Virus record (IMG/VR): IMGVR_UViG_3300035392_000049
Coordinates: 1-30,397 of that record
Source of the DNA: a virus
Lineage: Duplodnaviria > Caudoviricetes
Length of the DNA: 30,397 nucleotides
Reading direction: 5' to 3' (one strand)
The notes under the pieces were generated by a model that did not search any database, had not been told where the DNA came from, and saw only the letters and a program-made list of their open reading frames with translations. Positions 17,901-25,409 of the stretch are shown piece after piece. The translations under genes and the position numbers were made by a program. Position 1 is the first letter of the stretch, and every line of letters starts with the position of its first letter.

Positions 17901-18102
17901 ATTAATATTATTAAATTTTACGATTTCTCCCGTTTCTAATAAGAAGTTACTAGTTAGTTTTTGTTATATTTTACCTATCTTTTCTAAAGAACATAGAAAA
18001 TTTATATAGTTTTATATACAAATGATAAAAGTATAGATTTTATCAGACATAACTTACTTATATGAAATTGAAATTTTAGAAAATTATTACAGGAAAATAA
18101 AA

Positions 18103-18426
18103 ATGGATAAAGAACTAGAGGTTGAAAATACTCAAGTGTTATCAGATAGCGAAGAATTTAAATATGAGAAATATGACCATAAATTAGGTGAATTTAGATT
18201 AAATGATGAATCGGTTGATTCTATTATAGCTAAATGTAATGATAATAATATTAAAGCTAAAAATTTAAGAGATAAATTATATCATAATGTAATGAATAAC
18301 TATGGTCATAAAGATAATGAAGTTATTAAATATTTAATTAATAAACTAGAAGAAGAAACTAATTACTTGTTAAATTTCTTTGAACTAGACTATACCTTAC
18401 CTGCATTATTAGTTAACTTAAAATAG
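18103..18426 (+). CDS. Hypothetical protein
   Basis: 107-aa ORF with AGGA RBS. Confidence 0.7.
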   Translation: MDKELEVENTQVLSDSEEFKYEKYDHKLGEFRLNDESVDSIIAKCNDNNIKAKNLRDKLYHNVMNNYGHKDNEVIKYLINKLEEETNYLLNFFELDYTLPALLVNLK

Positions 18427-18436
18427 GAAAATAAAA

Positions 18437-19051
18437 ATGACTAAAGAACAACAAGAAATCTTAGAACAAGATAGAAAAGATACACAAGAACATATTGATA
18501 GTTTATCACAAGAAGAATTAGAAAGAGAAATTATATTTAATAAAGATGAAGTACAAGAAATGAAAGATGAATTAGATGTATTATTGAAACAATATGATTC
18601 GAATAAAGAAATTATCAATGAATATAAAAATAGTAACAATGTGAATGATATTGAGTATGTAATTAATGAAATAGTTAAAACTAATGAGCTATTATTAAAG
18701 AATATTAAAAGTTTAGATTTTGATATAGCTATTAATAGTGCAGAAATTACTTTAGGTGAAGACTTAGATGATATTCCTGTAGAAGAATTACAAGAGATGC
18801 AAGATAGTTTAGATATTTTATTAGAACAATATACTTCTAACCTAGATGAAATTGAAAAGTATAAAGATACTTTAAGAGAAAATATCAAAGACCTAATATC
18901 AGTAACAGAAGATAGAGATAGTTATCCATTTGATATAGACTATATTAAACCTATTAAAGTATTACTTAAACAATTAAATAAAGAAAATAAAATTCTATTA
19001 GAAGAGATTGAATCTTTAGAGTTTGATATTAACTATTACACAAATAACTAA
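18437..19051 (+). CDS. Highly acidic helical protein with an internal duplication
   Basis: QEMKDELDVLLKQYDSNKEIINEYK...ELLLKNIKSLDFDI recurs as QEMQDSLDILLEQYTSNLDEIEKYK...KILLEEIESLEFDI. Confidence 0.75.
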   Translation: MTKEQQEILEQDRKDTQEHIDSLSQEELEREIIFNKDEVQEMKDELDVLLKQYDSNKEIINEYKNSNNVNDIEYVINEIVKTNELLLKNIKSLDFDIAINSAEITLGEDLDDIPVEELQEMQDSLDILLEQYTSNLDEIEKYKDTLRENIKDLISVTEDRDSYPFDIDYIKPIKVLLKQLNKENKILLEEIESLEFDINYYTNN

Positions 19052-19133
19052 AAATATACGAATTTTAAAAAACATAACATAATATTATAAAATCAGTATT
19101 AACAAATTTTAATAAATTAACAAGGAAAATCAC

Positions 19134-19487
19134 ATGACAGAACAAGTTGAAAAATCATTAGCAGTAACAGCAGACTTAGTAGCATTAGTACAAGAGAAAT
19201 TACAACAAGCTTTAACAGAATCTCCTGTAGACGGAAAAGTACCAACAGTAACTAAAAAAGAAGTTAAATTCTATGTATCTACATTAACAGAATCTATTGT
19301 AGAACTATTAACTACTCATAAAGCTTTACGTATTAGCGGTTTAGGTACATTTAAAGTACAAGAACGTGCTCAACGTGCAGGACATAATCCTAAAACAGGT
19401 GAAGCTATTACAATTATGCCTAGTGCATCAGTTCGTTTACAACCTGAAAAGAAAGTTAAACAATTGATGAAAGAAACTTGGGTATAA
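19134..19487 (+). CDS. HU/IHF-family DNA-binding protein
   Basis: LRISGLGTFKVQERAQRAGHNPKTGEAITI signature. Confidence 0.92.
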   Translation: MTEQVEKSLAVTADLVALVQEKLQQALTESPVDGKVPTVTKKEVKFYVSTLTESIVELLTTHKALRISGLGTFKVQERAQRAGHNPKTGEAITIMPSASVRLQPEKKVKQLMKETWV

Positions 19488-19502
19488 CATAAATATTTAA
19501 AT

Positions 19503-19538
19503 AATATACTATAATACTTAATTGTATTATAGTATATT
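19503..19538 (+). terminator. Terminator hairpin
   Basis: aatatactataatac / gtattatagtatatt followed by a T-run. Confidence 0.7.
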
Positions 19539-19545
19539 AATTTTT

Positions 19546-19577
19546 AGTGCATATTTAAAGATTTTAAGTATATATTA
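19546..19577 (+). promoter_or_regulatory. Putative early promoter, AGTG-N16-AAGTATATATTA(C)
   Basis: Copy of the recurrent motif. Confidence 0.75.
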
Positions 19578-19609
19578 CTACTATAATATTAATTTAAAGG
19601 AAAATTACT

Positions 19610-19858
19610 ATGTTAGATAATATAGGAGAGCTAAAAATAGAGAAAGAAAAGTTAGAAGAAGCTTTAACATATTCTAATTTTTCTTATGAAGAAAGACAAC
19701 TAATATCTAAAGGTATATATTGGTTACTTGAGAATGGAAGAACTTATTTAGGTTTAGTTTATTTAACTCATTGTGAATTATATCCTGATAAGAAAATAGA
19801 TTATAAAGAAGAAGGTAAATTAGTGAGAGAGTATTTACTGAAAAATCGTTCAGTTTAA
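19610..19858 (+). CDS. Hypothetical protein (stand-alone early cassette)
   Basis: AAGGA RBS with its own promoter and terminator. Confidence 0.7.
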   Translation: MLDNIGELKIEKEKLEEALTYSNFSYEERQLISKGIYWLLENGRTYLGLVYLTHCELYPDKKIDYKEEGKLVREYLLKNRSV

Positions 19859-19866
19859 TATATTGT

Positions 19867-19898
19867 GAGAGAGTTGAAATATACTCTCTTTCTTTTTT
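19867..19898 (+). terminator. Intrinsic terminator
   Basis: gagagagt-tgaaatat-actctctt plus T-run; 3' part shared with the terminator at 21207..21239. Confidence 0.75.
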
Positions 19899-19966
19899 AA
19901 TTTATATTAGATAATAACTTTATAATAGAATAAAACTTTTTTATATATTTAATATAAGGTATACAA

Positions 19967-20290
19967 ATGGCTTTAAAAAACGAATTAAAAGTATTAACGA
20001 CAACAGCTCAAACATTAGTAAGTTACGAGCATCAAGCTTTGCGTATTATTAATATCGTATTCTACAATCCTACTGCTAGTGCAACTTCATTCGATTTAAC
20101 ATTAACTGATAAAACTGGCACTAAAATTACTTTACGTAAAGGTAAATCTCTAGGGGCATCTACCGAAGATGTTATTAATTATATGATTGTATTAGAAAAA
20201 GGTGATAAATTAGAAGCAGTAGCATCTGCCGCTAATAATATTAATGTACTAGTAAATTATGAACCATATAACGGTTCCCCTGGTCTATAA
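19967..20290 (+). CDS. Small beta-sandwich protein, probably virion; paralog of the next gene
   Basis: NIVFYN.T...SFDL ... IVLEKGDKL.A.AS. Late-type motif at 19934..19945. Confidence 0.65.
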   Translation: MALKNELKVLTTTAQTLVSYEHQALRIINIVFYNPTASATSFDLTLTDKTGTKITLRKGKSLGASTEDVINYMIVLEKGDKLEAVASAANNINVLVNYEPYNGSPGL

Positions 20291-20293
20291 TAT

Positions 20294-20644
20294 ATGGAGC
20301 TGAGTAATGTTAGTGGAGTTGTTAACACTACAGATACTTTAGTTTTTGTATGTGGTAAACAAAGTTCTATTTTTAATATTATTTTTTCTAATATTACTGG
20401 ATTAGCTTCTAATGTAGATATTAAGATTTTTAATAAAAAATTAAACCGAGAGCTTAATTTACCTAAAGGTGAAGAATTCTTAATATATTTAGCTAAAGGA
20501 TTGAGTGTGCAACCTAACAATATTCTTAAATTTGGTGGTTCTGATGATAATAACTATTATCTAAATGAAGGAGATAAGATATATGTTTCAAGTCTTAGTA
20601 CAAATACTTTACATTATCATGTTAATGTAAAATCCAATATGTAG
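20294..20644 (+). CDS. Small beta-sandwich protein, paralog of 19967..20290
   Basis: NIIFSNIT...NVDI ... YYLNEGDKIYVSS. Confidence 0.65.
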   Translation: MELSNVSGVVNTTDTLVFVCGKQSSIFNIIFSNITGLASNVDIKIFNKKLNRELNLPKGEEFLIYLAKGLSVQPNNILKFGGSDDNNYYLNEGDKIYVSSLSTNTLHYHVNVKSNM

Positions 20645-20656
20645 TAAAATTTAATA

Positions 20657-20690
20657 TAAATAGTATATGTTAATTAACATATACTATTTA
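20657..20690. terminator. Palindromic terminator
   Basis: taaatagtatatgttaattaacatatactattta. Confidence 0.65.
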
Positions 20691-20697
20691 TATATTT

Positions 20698-20729
20698 AGT
20701 GCAAAGTTAGAGAAAATAAATATATATAA
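20698..20729 (+). promoter_or_regulatory. Putative early promoter, AGTG-N16-AAATATATATAA
   Basis: Copy of the recurrent motif with one mismatch. Confidence 0.7.
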
Positions 20730-20786
20730 TACTAATAGAAGTAAATATTTATTTCTACTACATTTAACTTTAATTTGGAGATGATT

Positions 20787-21191
20787 ATGGCTGTTTACAA
20801 AAGAAGAGAATTTAGATTAGGTGATTTAGTTATTTTAAACCAAACTAAATTGCGTGATATTCCAGCTTCTTTGGTTAGTCTTGTATTGAGTAACGTTGGT
20901 AAAATTGTAACCAGATTTAGAATAATTGCAATATCTGACGGGTTAGTTACTATTAAATGTAATGCTACTGAAGAAAATTTTAACGTTCCTGTTAATATAT
21001 TAGTAGCGAGTTTTAATAATGTTAATAAAGTTACTAAAAAAACAGTAGTAGTTAATGTCGAGGGAATCGAAGTTTTTGGTAAATTAATTAAGTATGGTTA
21101 TAGAGTAAAAGGTAAAATTAAAAAAGAGGATGGAGAAATTATCAACTTTAATTGTAGTAAAAATAATTTAGGTTTTGTAGAAGAAATCTAA
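20787..21191 (+). CDS. Hypothetical basic protein, possible SH3/KOW-like barrel
   Basis: FRLGDLV.L start. ATG 20787 is best spaced from GGAG. Confidence 0.65.
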   Translation: MAVYKRREFRLGDLVILNQTKLRDIPASLVSLVLSNVGKIVTRFRIIAISDGLVTIKCNATEENFNVPVNILVASFNNVNKVTKKTVVVNVEGIEVFGKLIKYGYRVKGKIKKEDGEIINFNCSKNNLGFVEEI

Positions 21192-21206
21192 ATTTATAAA
21201 AAGATT

Positions 21207-21239
21207 GAGGGTATAGTAATATACTCTCTTTCTTTTTTT
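21207..21239 (+). terminator. Intrinsic terminator
   Basis: gagggtat-agtaat-atactctc plus T-run. Confidence 0.75.
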
Positions 21240-21281
21240 GTTTTAAAAACTACTAAATATATAAACTAACATAAAATTACT

Positions 21282-21881
21282 ATGTTCCTTAAAACATATA
21301 ATAGATATTTACAAGAAAAAATAGAAGATGATATAGAGAATTTAGGTAAAGATATTACAGATACTAGTAAAACAAAAATTGATACTAAAGGAGAAGTTGA
21401 GACAGCTACAACTACTAGTAATACTACAGAAGAAACTAGTACAGAGGAAGAAGTCCCTACAGATATTAATAACACACCAGAAGAAGAAACAACTACTCCT
21501 ACAGAAGATGCCATTAATACGGATGAAACATTACCTACTGAAGAAGAAACAGTAGATCCTACAGAAGAATTAGAATTAAATAAAGAAATATTAGGATTAT
21601 TTGATTCTTTTAGTAATGTTAGAGATAAAATTAAAAATATAGTATCTAATATAGACCAACTTTTTTTTTCTGTAGAGAAAACAGAAATTAAGATAGATTT
21701 ATTAAAATTAAAAGATTTATATAATAATATAGATACTGCTGTAAAAATTATTATTAAGAAGAATATTACTAAAGATAATATAGATATAGTAAAAAAACAG
21801 TATGATGATATAAATTCTGTAACTAATAATCTAGTAGTAGAATTAGAGAAGATTGTTAATAGTATTAAGGTAAATATATAA
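21282..21881 (+). CDS. Probable prohead scaffold/core protein
   Basis: Directly upstream of the MCP. Acidic T/E/P-rich low-complexity linker followed by a coiled coil. Confidence 0.6.
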   Translation: MFLKTYNRYLQEKIEDDIENLGKDITDTSKTKIDTKGEVETATTTSNTTEETSTEEEVPTDINNTPEEETTTPTEDAINTDETLPTEEETVDPTEELELNKEILGLFDSFSNVRDKIKNIVSNIDQLFFSVEKTEIKIDLLKLKDLYNNIDTAVKIIIKKNITKDNIDIVKKQYDDINSVTNNLVVELEKIVNSIKVNI

Positions 21882-21939
21882 CATTTTAAATAGGATATTA
21901 AAAAATTATATATAATTTATATTATAACAAGGAAATTAT

Positions 21940-23643
21940 ATGGCAGTAACATATATGCAAACTATTCGTAAGCCAGACCGTTTAGATTCAGTAGATACTA
22001 TTTTACGTGAAGCTAATGACGAATTTAGTCAACGTGATTATAATCTATTTGGTCGTGACTGGTTAGATGTTTATGCAGAAGCTTCGATATACGACGATTT
22101 TAAAAATAAACTATTAGAAGGTTTAGAAACTGTTGGTAATTTATCTCAAGCTAACCAAGAAGAAATTCTAGGTCAAATGTTAGAAAATAATAAAGATGAG
22201 ATATTAAAAGAGTCTTATAACGGTGGACCTTCTAACAACTTCCAACCAATTACAGCAGTATCTCCTGTAGTATTACGTAAAACTTGGCCTAAATTAGCTT
22301 TAGTTAACGCTATCCCTACTGAAGTTATGACTGCTCCAAAAGCTACTATTCAATATATGACTACTTATTATATTGATAAAGATGGTAATGAAGTTGATAT
22401 CGTACAAGATTTTAAACAAGGTAGCTCAATGTTAGCTATGCGTCCTCGTTTGAATGATAAATATTTTACTTTACCAACAACTGCTCCACAAGACTTATTT
22501 AATCCTTCTGGTGCTTCTCAAGCAGTTCAAGATGGTTTAGTGGGTGCAGGTGTAGATACTGGTGACTTTATTGACGTTGACGTTGAAATTGAATCTGTTG
22601 TTATGACAGTAGATTCTGAAGACGTAACATTTACCCCTAAAATTGTTTTAGCTGGTGGTGTTAACGGAACTAAAGGTTTACCAAAAATTGATACTCGTAC
22701 TAACACTATTCAAGTAGATTTAACTGCTACAAATACAGCTGGTGTGTCTTTTACTGATAGTATTACTTTAAAATTTGACCGTAAAAATGGTACTTTTACC
22801 GGTTATGGTTTATCTACAGACGTTGCTAATAAAGTTAAATCTGTTAAAATTAAAGCATTTATTAGTTCTGAGATGAACAACCGTACAGAGTCTATTGCGT
22901 TTAAATTAGACCAAAAAGAAATCATGATGCCAACTGCTGCTCATATTGATGTTAAAATTCCTAATGAATATGTAGATGACTTCCAAAAAATGTTCTCTAT
23001 GGATGCGGTAAGTATTTTAGTAAATCAATTAGCATCTTTCTTAGCACAACGTATTGATGTCGAAGGTTTAGATTTCATTAAAAGTCGTATCGATACAGTA
23101 GCATTAGATGCAAGTGGTAAATATGAAAGAGTTTTCAATTGTCATCCATATAATCATTACACAGGTTCTCCTACTGAATGGTTAACTGAAATTCGTGGTG
23201 TTATTGATAACTTAGCACAAGTTATTATGAATGATTCGAGATTTGATGAAGGTGGTTATTTCGTAATGGTATGTAACCCAATTGATAAACGTGTATTAAC
23301 TGGCACTCAATGGAGTTTTAACTCTAATGCGGAAGTTGGTGGTACAAGAGTTAATTATCAAGTAGGTACTTATAGTGGTGCTTATGATTATACAGTTGTA
23401 AGTTCTACAAACGTATTACCTGGTTCAATTAACATGTTCTATATTCCTGCTTCACAAGATCAGATGACATATAAATTCTTCCCATACTCATTGACTATTC
23501 AACCTACTCAACAAAGTGGTATGAGAGTTCCTAGTGCACCAAATATTCCTGGTATCATTGCTTCTAGACGTGCTATCTTTGAATATTTCCGTGAAGCTAA
23601 TGGACGTATTTATATTGAAAATAACAATGGAACATATAGCTAA
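21940..23643 (+). CDS. Major capsid protein precursor
   Basis: 567 aa with an acidic propeptide (ILRE, LLEG, MLEN, ILKES). HK97-type features: P.LR..W....L...IP, backbone helix D..SILVNQLA..LAQRID, and a C-terminal P...SR..G.I.I. Strong high-expression codon bias (CGT, TTC). Confidence 0.85.
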   Translation: MAVTYMQTIRKPDRLDSVDTILREANDEFSQRDYNLFGRDWLDVYAEASIYDDFKNKLLEGLETVGNLSQANQEEILGQMLENNKDEILKESYNGGPSNNFQPITAVSPVVLRKTWPKLALVNAIPTEVMTAPKATIQYMTTYYIDKDGNEVDIVQDFKQGSSMLAMRPRLNDKYFTLPTTAPQDLFNPSGASQAVQDGLVGAGVDTGDFIDVDVEIESVVMTVDSEDVTFTPKIVLAGGVNGTKGLPKIDTRTNTIQVDLTATNTAGVSFTDSITLKFDRKNGTFTGYGLSTDVANKVKSVKIKAFISSEMNNRTESIAFKLDQKEIMMPTAAHIDVKIPNEYVDDFQKMFSMDAVSILVNQLASFLAQRIDVEGLDFIKSRIDTVALDASGKYERVFNCHPYNHYTGSPTEWLTEIRGVIDNLAQVIMNDSRFDEGGYFVMVCNPIDKRVLTGTQWSFNSNAEVGGTRVNYQVGTYSGAYDYTVVSSTNVLPGSINMFYIPASQDQMTYKFFPYSLTIQPTQQSGMRVPSAPNIPGIIASRRAIFEYFREANGRIYIENNNGTYS

Positions 23644-23685
23644 ACTATTGTTTTTATTGATATTTTATAAATAGATAAAATTTAA

Positions 23686-23725
23686 TTATTATACATTAAG
23701 ATTAATTTCTTAATGTATAATAATT
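23686..23725 (+). terminator. Terminator after the MCP
   Basis: attattatacattaaga / tcttaatgtataataat plus T-run. Confidence 0.7.
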
Positions 23726-23730
23726 TTTAT

Positions 23731-23742
23731 AAATATATATTA
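23731..23742 (+). promoter_or_regulatory. Putative early promoter core
   Basis: AAATATATATTA. Confidence 0.5.
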
Positions 23743-23864
23743 TAATTGTATGATTAAAAAAATGAGACAAAATATTAATAAACAAATTATCCATATAGTA
23801 AATTTTAATAAAATTTTGTCTTCATGTAACATTATAATATAAAATTAAATAGGTGAAAATTATA

Positions 23865-23969
23865 ATGCAAATAATAAAAGCTGGTACTAATAACTATTTA
23901 TCAGAGTTCTTAGAAGATTTACCAGATAATGTAATATTCAACAAGGTTACCTTTTTAAAATTAATTTAA
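23865..23969 (+). pseudogene. Truncated N-terminus of a helicase-like P-loop protein
   Basis: AGGTG RBS then MQIIKAGTNNYLSEFLEDLPDNVIFNKVT-FLKLI*. Resembles, from memory, proteins starting YLS.....LP.N.I.NK..TGCG.T, and breaks off just before the expected P-loop. Confidence 0.45.
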
Positions 23970-24020
23970 TAGTAATAAGATAACTCTTATTACTATTAAA
24001 TCTTTGTTATAACATATTAA

Positions 24021-24073
24021 TATAAGAACTAAGGTAGCCCCTGAAAAGACCTTTATCCAGTCCTGTTCTTATA
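24021..24073 (+). ncRNA. Putative structured leader RNA (three-way junction) upstream of the HNH gene
   Basis: P1 tataagaac/gttcttata, P2 agg-tagcc-cct, GAAAA joiner, P3 gac-ctttatcca-gtc. Begins at the predicted start of the AACA-N6-TA motif (24011..24022). Confidence 0.5.
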
Positions 24074-24113
24074 ATTATTAACAGGATTAAACATTTTGAA
24101 AGGATATAAAGAA

Positions 24114-24617
24114 ATGACAAATATAAAAAAGGAATTAACACAAGAACTCGTTAAAGAGTTATTTGATTATAATGAATTAACTGGAGAAATAGTACGTAAA
24201 ATAGATGTAGGTAGATATAAGAGGGGTGTGGTTACAGGCGCAATACATAAAGGGTACTACTACACACAAATAGATTATAAAAGATATTTTAATCATAGAA
24301 TTATCTTTTTATGGCATCATGGATATTTACCAGATATTATAGACCATATAGATAGGTGTACTACCAATAATAGAATTGAAAATCTCAGACCTGCTAATAA
24401 ATCTCAAAATAATCAAAACTCAGGCTTACAATCTAACAATACTACAGGAGTTAGAGGTTTAACATTTAGTAAACAAAAAAATAAATTTAGGTTAAGTATA
24501 AAATTAAATGGTAAAGTGAAACATCTAGGTTTCTTTGATACTATAGAAGAAGCTAAAATTGTTCGTGATTCTGCTGAATTAAAATATTTTACTCATTCAC
24601 CACAACAATCTATATAA
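24114..24617 (+). CDS. HNH homing endonuclease with AP2 domain
   Basis: LTQELVKELFDYNELTG, HRIIF, IDHIDRCTTNNRIENLR and an AP2 tail. ATG 24114 follows AAGGA and is preferred over TTG 24096. Confidence 0.9.
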   Translation: MTNIKKELTQELVKELFDYNELTGEIVRKIDVGRYKRGVVTGAIHKGYYYTQIDYKRYFNHRIIFLWHHGYLPDIIDHIDRCTTNNRIENLRPANKSQNNQNSGLQSNNTTGVRGLTFSKQKNKFRLSIKLNGKVKHLGFFDTIEEAKIVRDSAELKYFTHSPQQSI

Positions 24618-24621
24618 ATTG

Positions 24622-24746
24622 ATTCTTATATACTCTTAACAATAAATATTAAGAGTATATAAGAATGTTATATTATTTTACAGCTCTGTTGAGCTGTAAA
24701 ATAAAACACCACGTTAGTGGGAACAAAAGATAACAACTACGAAGTA
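24622..24746. repeat. Cluster of four inverted repeats
   Basis: 18-bp stem 24622-24666; 14-bp stem 24673-24704; CCAC-GTTA-GTGG 24709-24720; TAC-GAA-GTA 24738-24746. Confidence 0.75.
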
Positions 24747-24766
24747 TATATAACATATTATTTTTT

Positions 24767-24798
24767 AGTGCAATATCGAATATTTTAAATATATATTA
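24767..24798 (+). promoter_or_regulatory. Putative early promoter, AGTG-N16-AAATATATATTA
   Basis: Copy of the recurrent motif. Confidence 0.75.
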
Positions 24799-24831
24799 AA
24801 TAAATATCTTTATTATTGTTAGGAGATTATT

Positions 24832-24945
24832 ATGTTTAAAAAACTTTTTAGAAGTAAAAGAGATAATGGATTTAATTCTATTGTAGAAAACAATCCTTGT
24901 TATAGTTTTAAGTTTAGTTGGTCAGCTTATCGGAGAATGAAATGA
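24832..24945 (+). CDS. 37-aa small protein absent from the ORF track
   Basis: AGGAG RBS, MFKKLFRSKRDNGFNSIVENNPCYSFKFSWSAYRRMK*; its stop overlaps the next ATG (ATGA). Confidence 0.6.
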   Translation: MFKKLFRSKRDNGFNSIVENNPCYSFKFSWSAYRRMK

Positions 24946-25145
24946 AGTTAAGTGAATGTAATAAAGGTTTAGTTGTTTGGTTTGAACATTGCGGTCAGAA
25001 TTTGATTGGTCATATTTTAGGTTTTTTACAAATGTCGGATGGGAATATATTGGTAATTGTAGAACTACCTCTCAATATTAATGATATAGACAAACCTAAA
25101 ACAGTAACTATGAGAGCTAGTCACTTAGAATCTTATCAAGATTAA
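24942..25145 (+). CDS. Hypothetical protein, possible SH3-like barrel
   Basis: Start corrected to ATG 24942 (GGAG RBS, ATGA coupling). Confidence 0.7.
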   Translation: MKLSECNKGLVVWFEHCGQNLIGHILGFLQMSDGNILVIVELPLNINDIDKPKTVTMRASHLESYQD

Positions 25146-25165
25146 ATAAAACGGAGATTAACATC

Positions 25166-25333
25166 ATGTCTGAAAATACTATGAGCGAAAAAGCTAAAAA
25201 AGAATTAATTTTAAAGCTAGAAAATAATGAGTCAATCCCAATAGATTATCAACAAGCAGAAATGTTAGCTAGTACTATTATTTGGTGGATAGAAGAAGGA
25301 CTTCTACCAAGTTTCTGTATTAAAAAAGATTAA
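25166..25333 (+). CDS. 55-aa hypothetical protein absent from the ORF track
   Basis: GGAG RBS, MSENTMSEKAKKELILKLENNESIPIDYQQAEMLASTIIWWIEEGLLPSFCIKKD*; followed by a terminator hairpin at about 25343..25381. Confidence 0.7.
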   Translation: MSENTMSEKAKKELILKLENNESIPIDYQQAEMLASTIIWWIEEGLLPSFCIKKD

Positions 25334-25409
25334 TTCAAAAATAAAAAGTTAAGTATATTTTATATATCACTTAACTTTTTTATATAAATCAATAAAACAA
25401 GATAAATAA

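Noticed and set aside
18418-18888. Minus-strand 156-aa ORF
   Set aside because: Ser-rich antisense of the acidic gene 18437..19051.
20257-21514. Minus-strand ORFs 20257..20520 and 21266..21514
   Set aside because: Antisense shadows of better-supported plus-strand genes.
23950-24760. Group I intron containing the HNH gene
   Set aside because: No recognisable P7/R-S core and no downstream exon continuing the 23865 ORF were found by eye; a covariance-model search would settle it.
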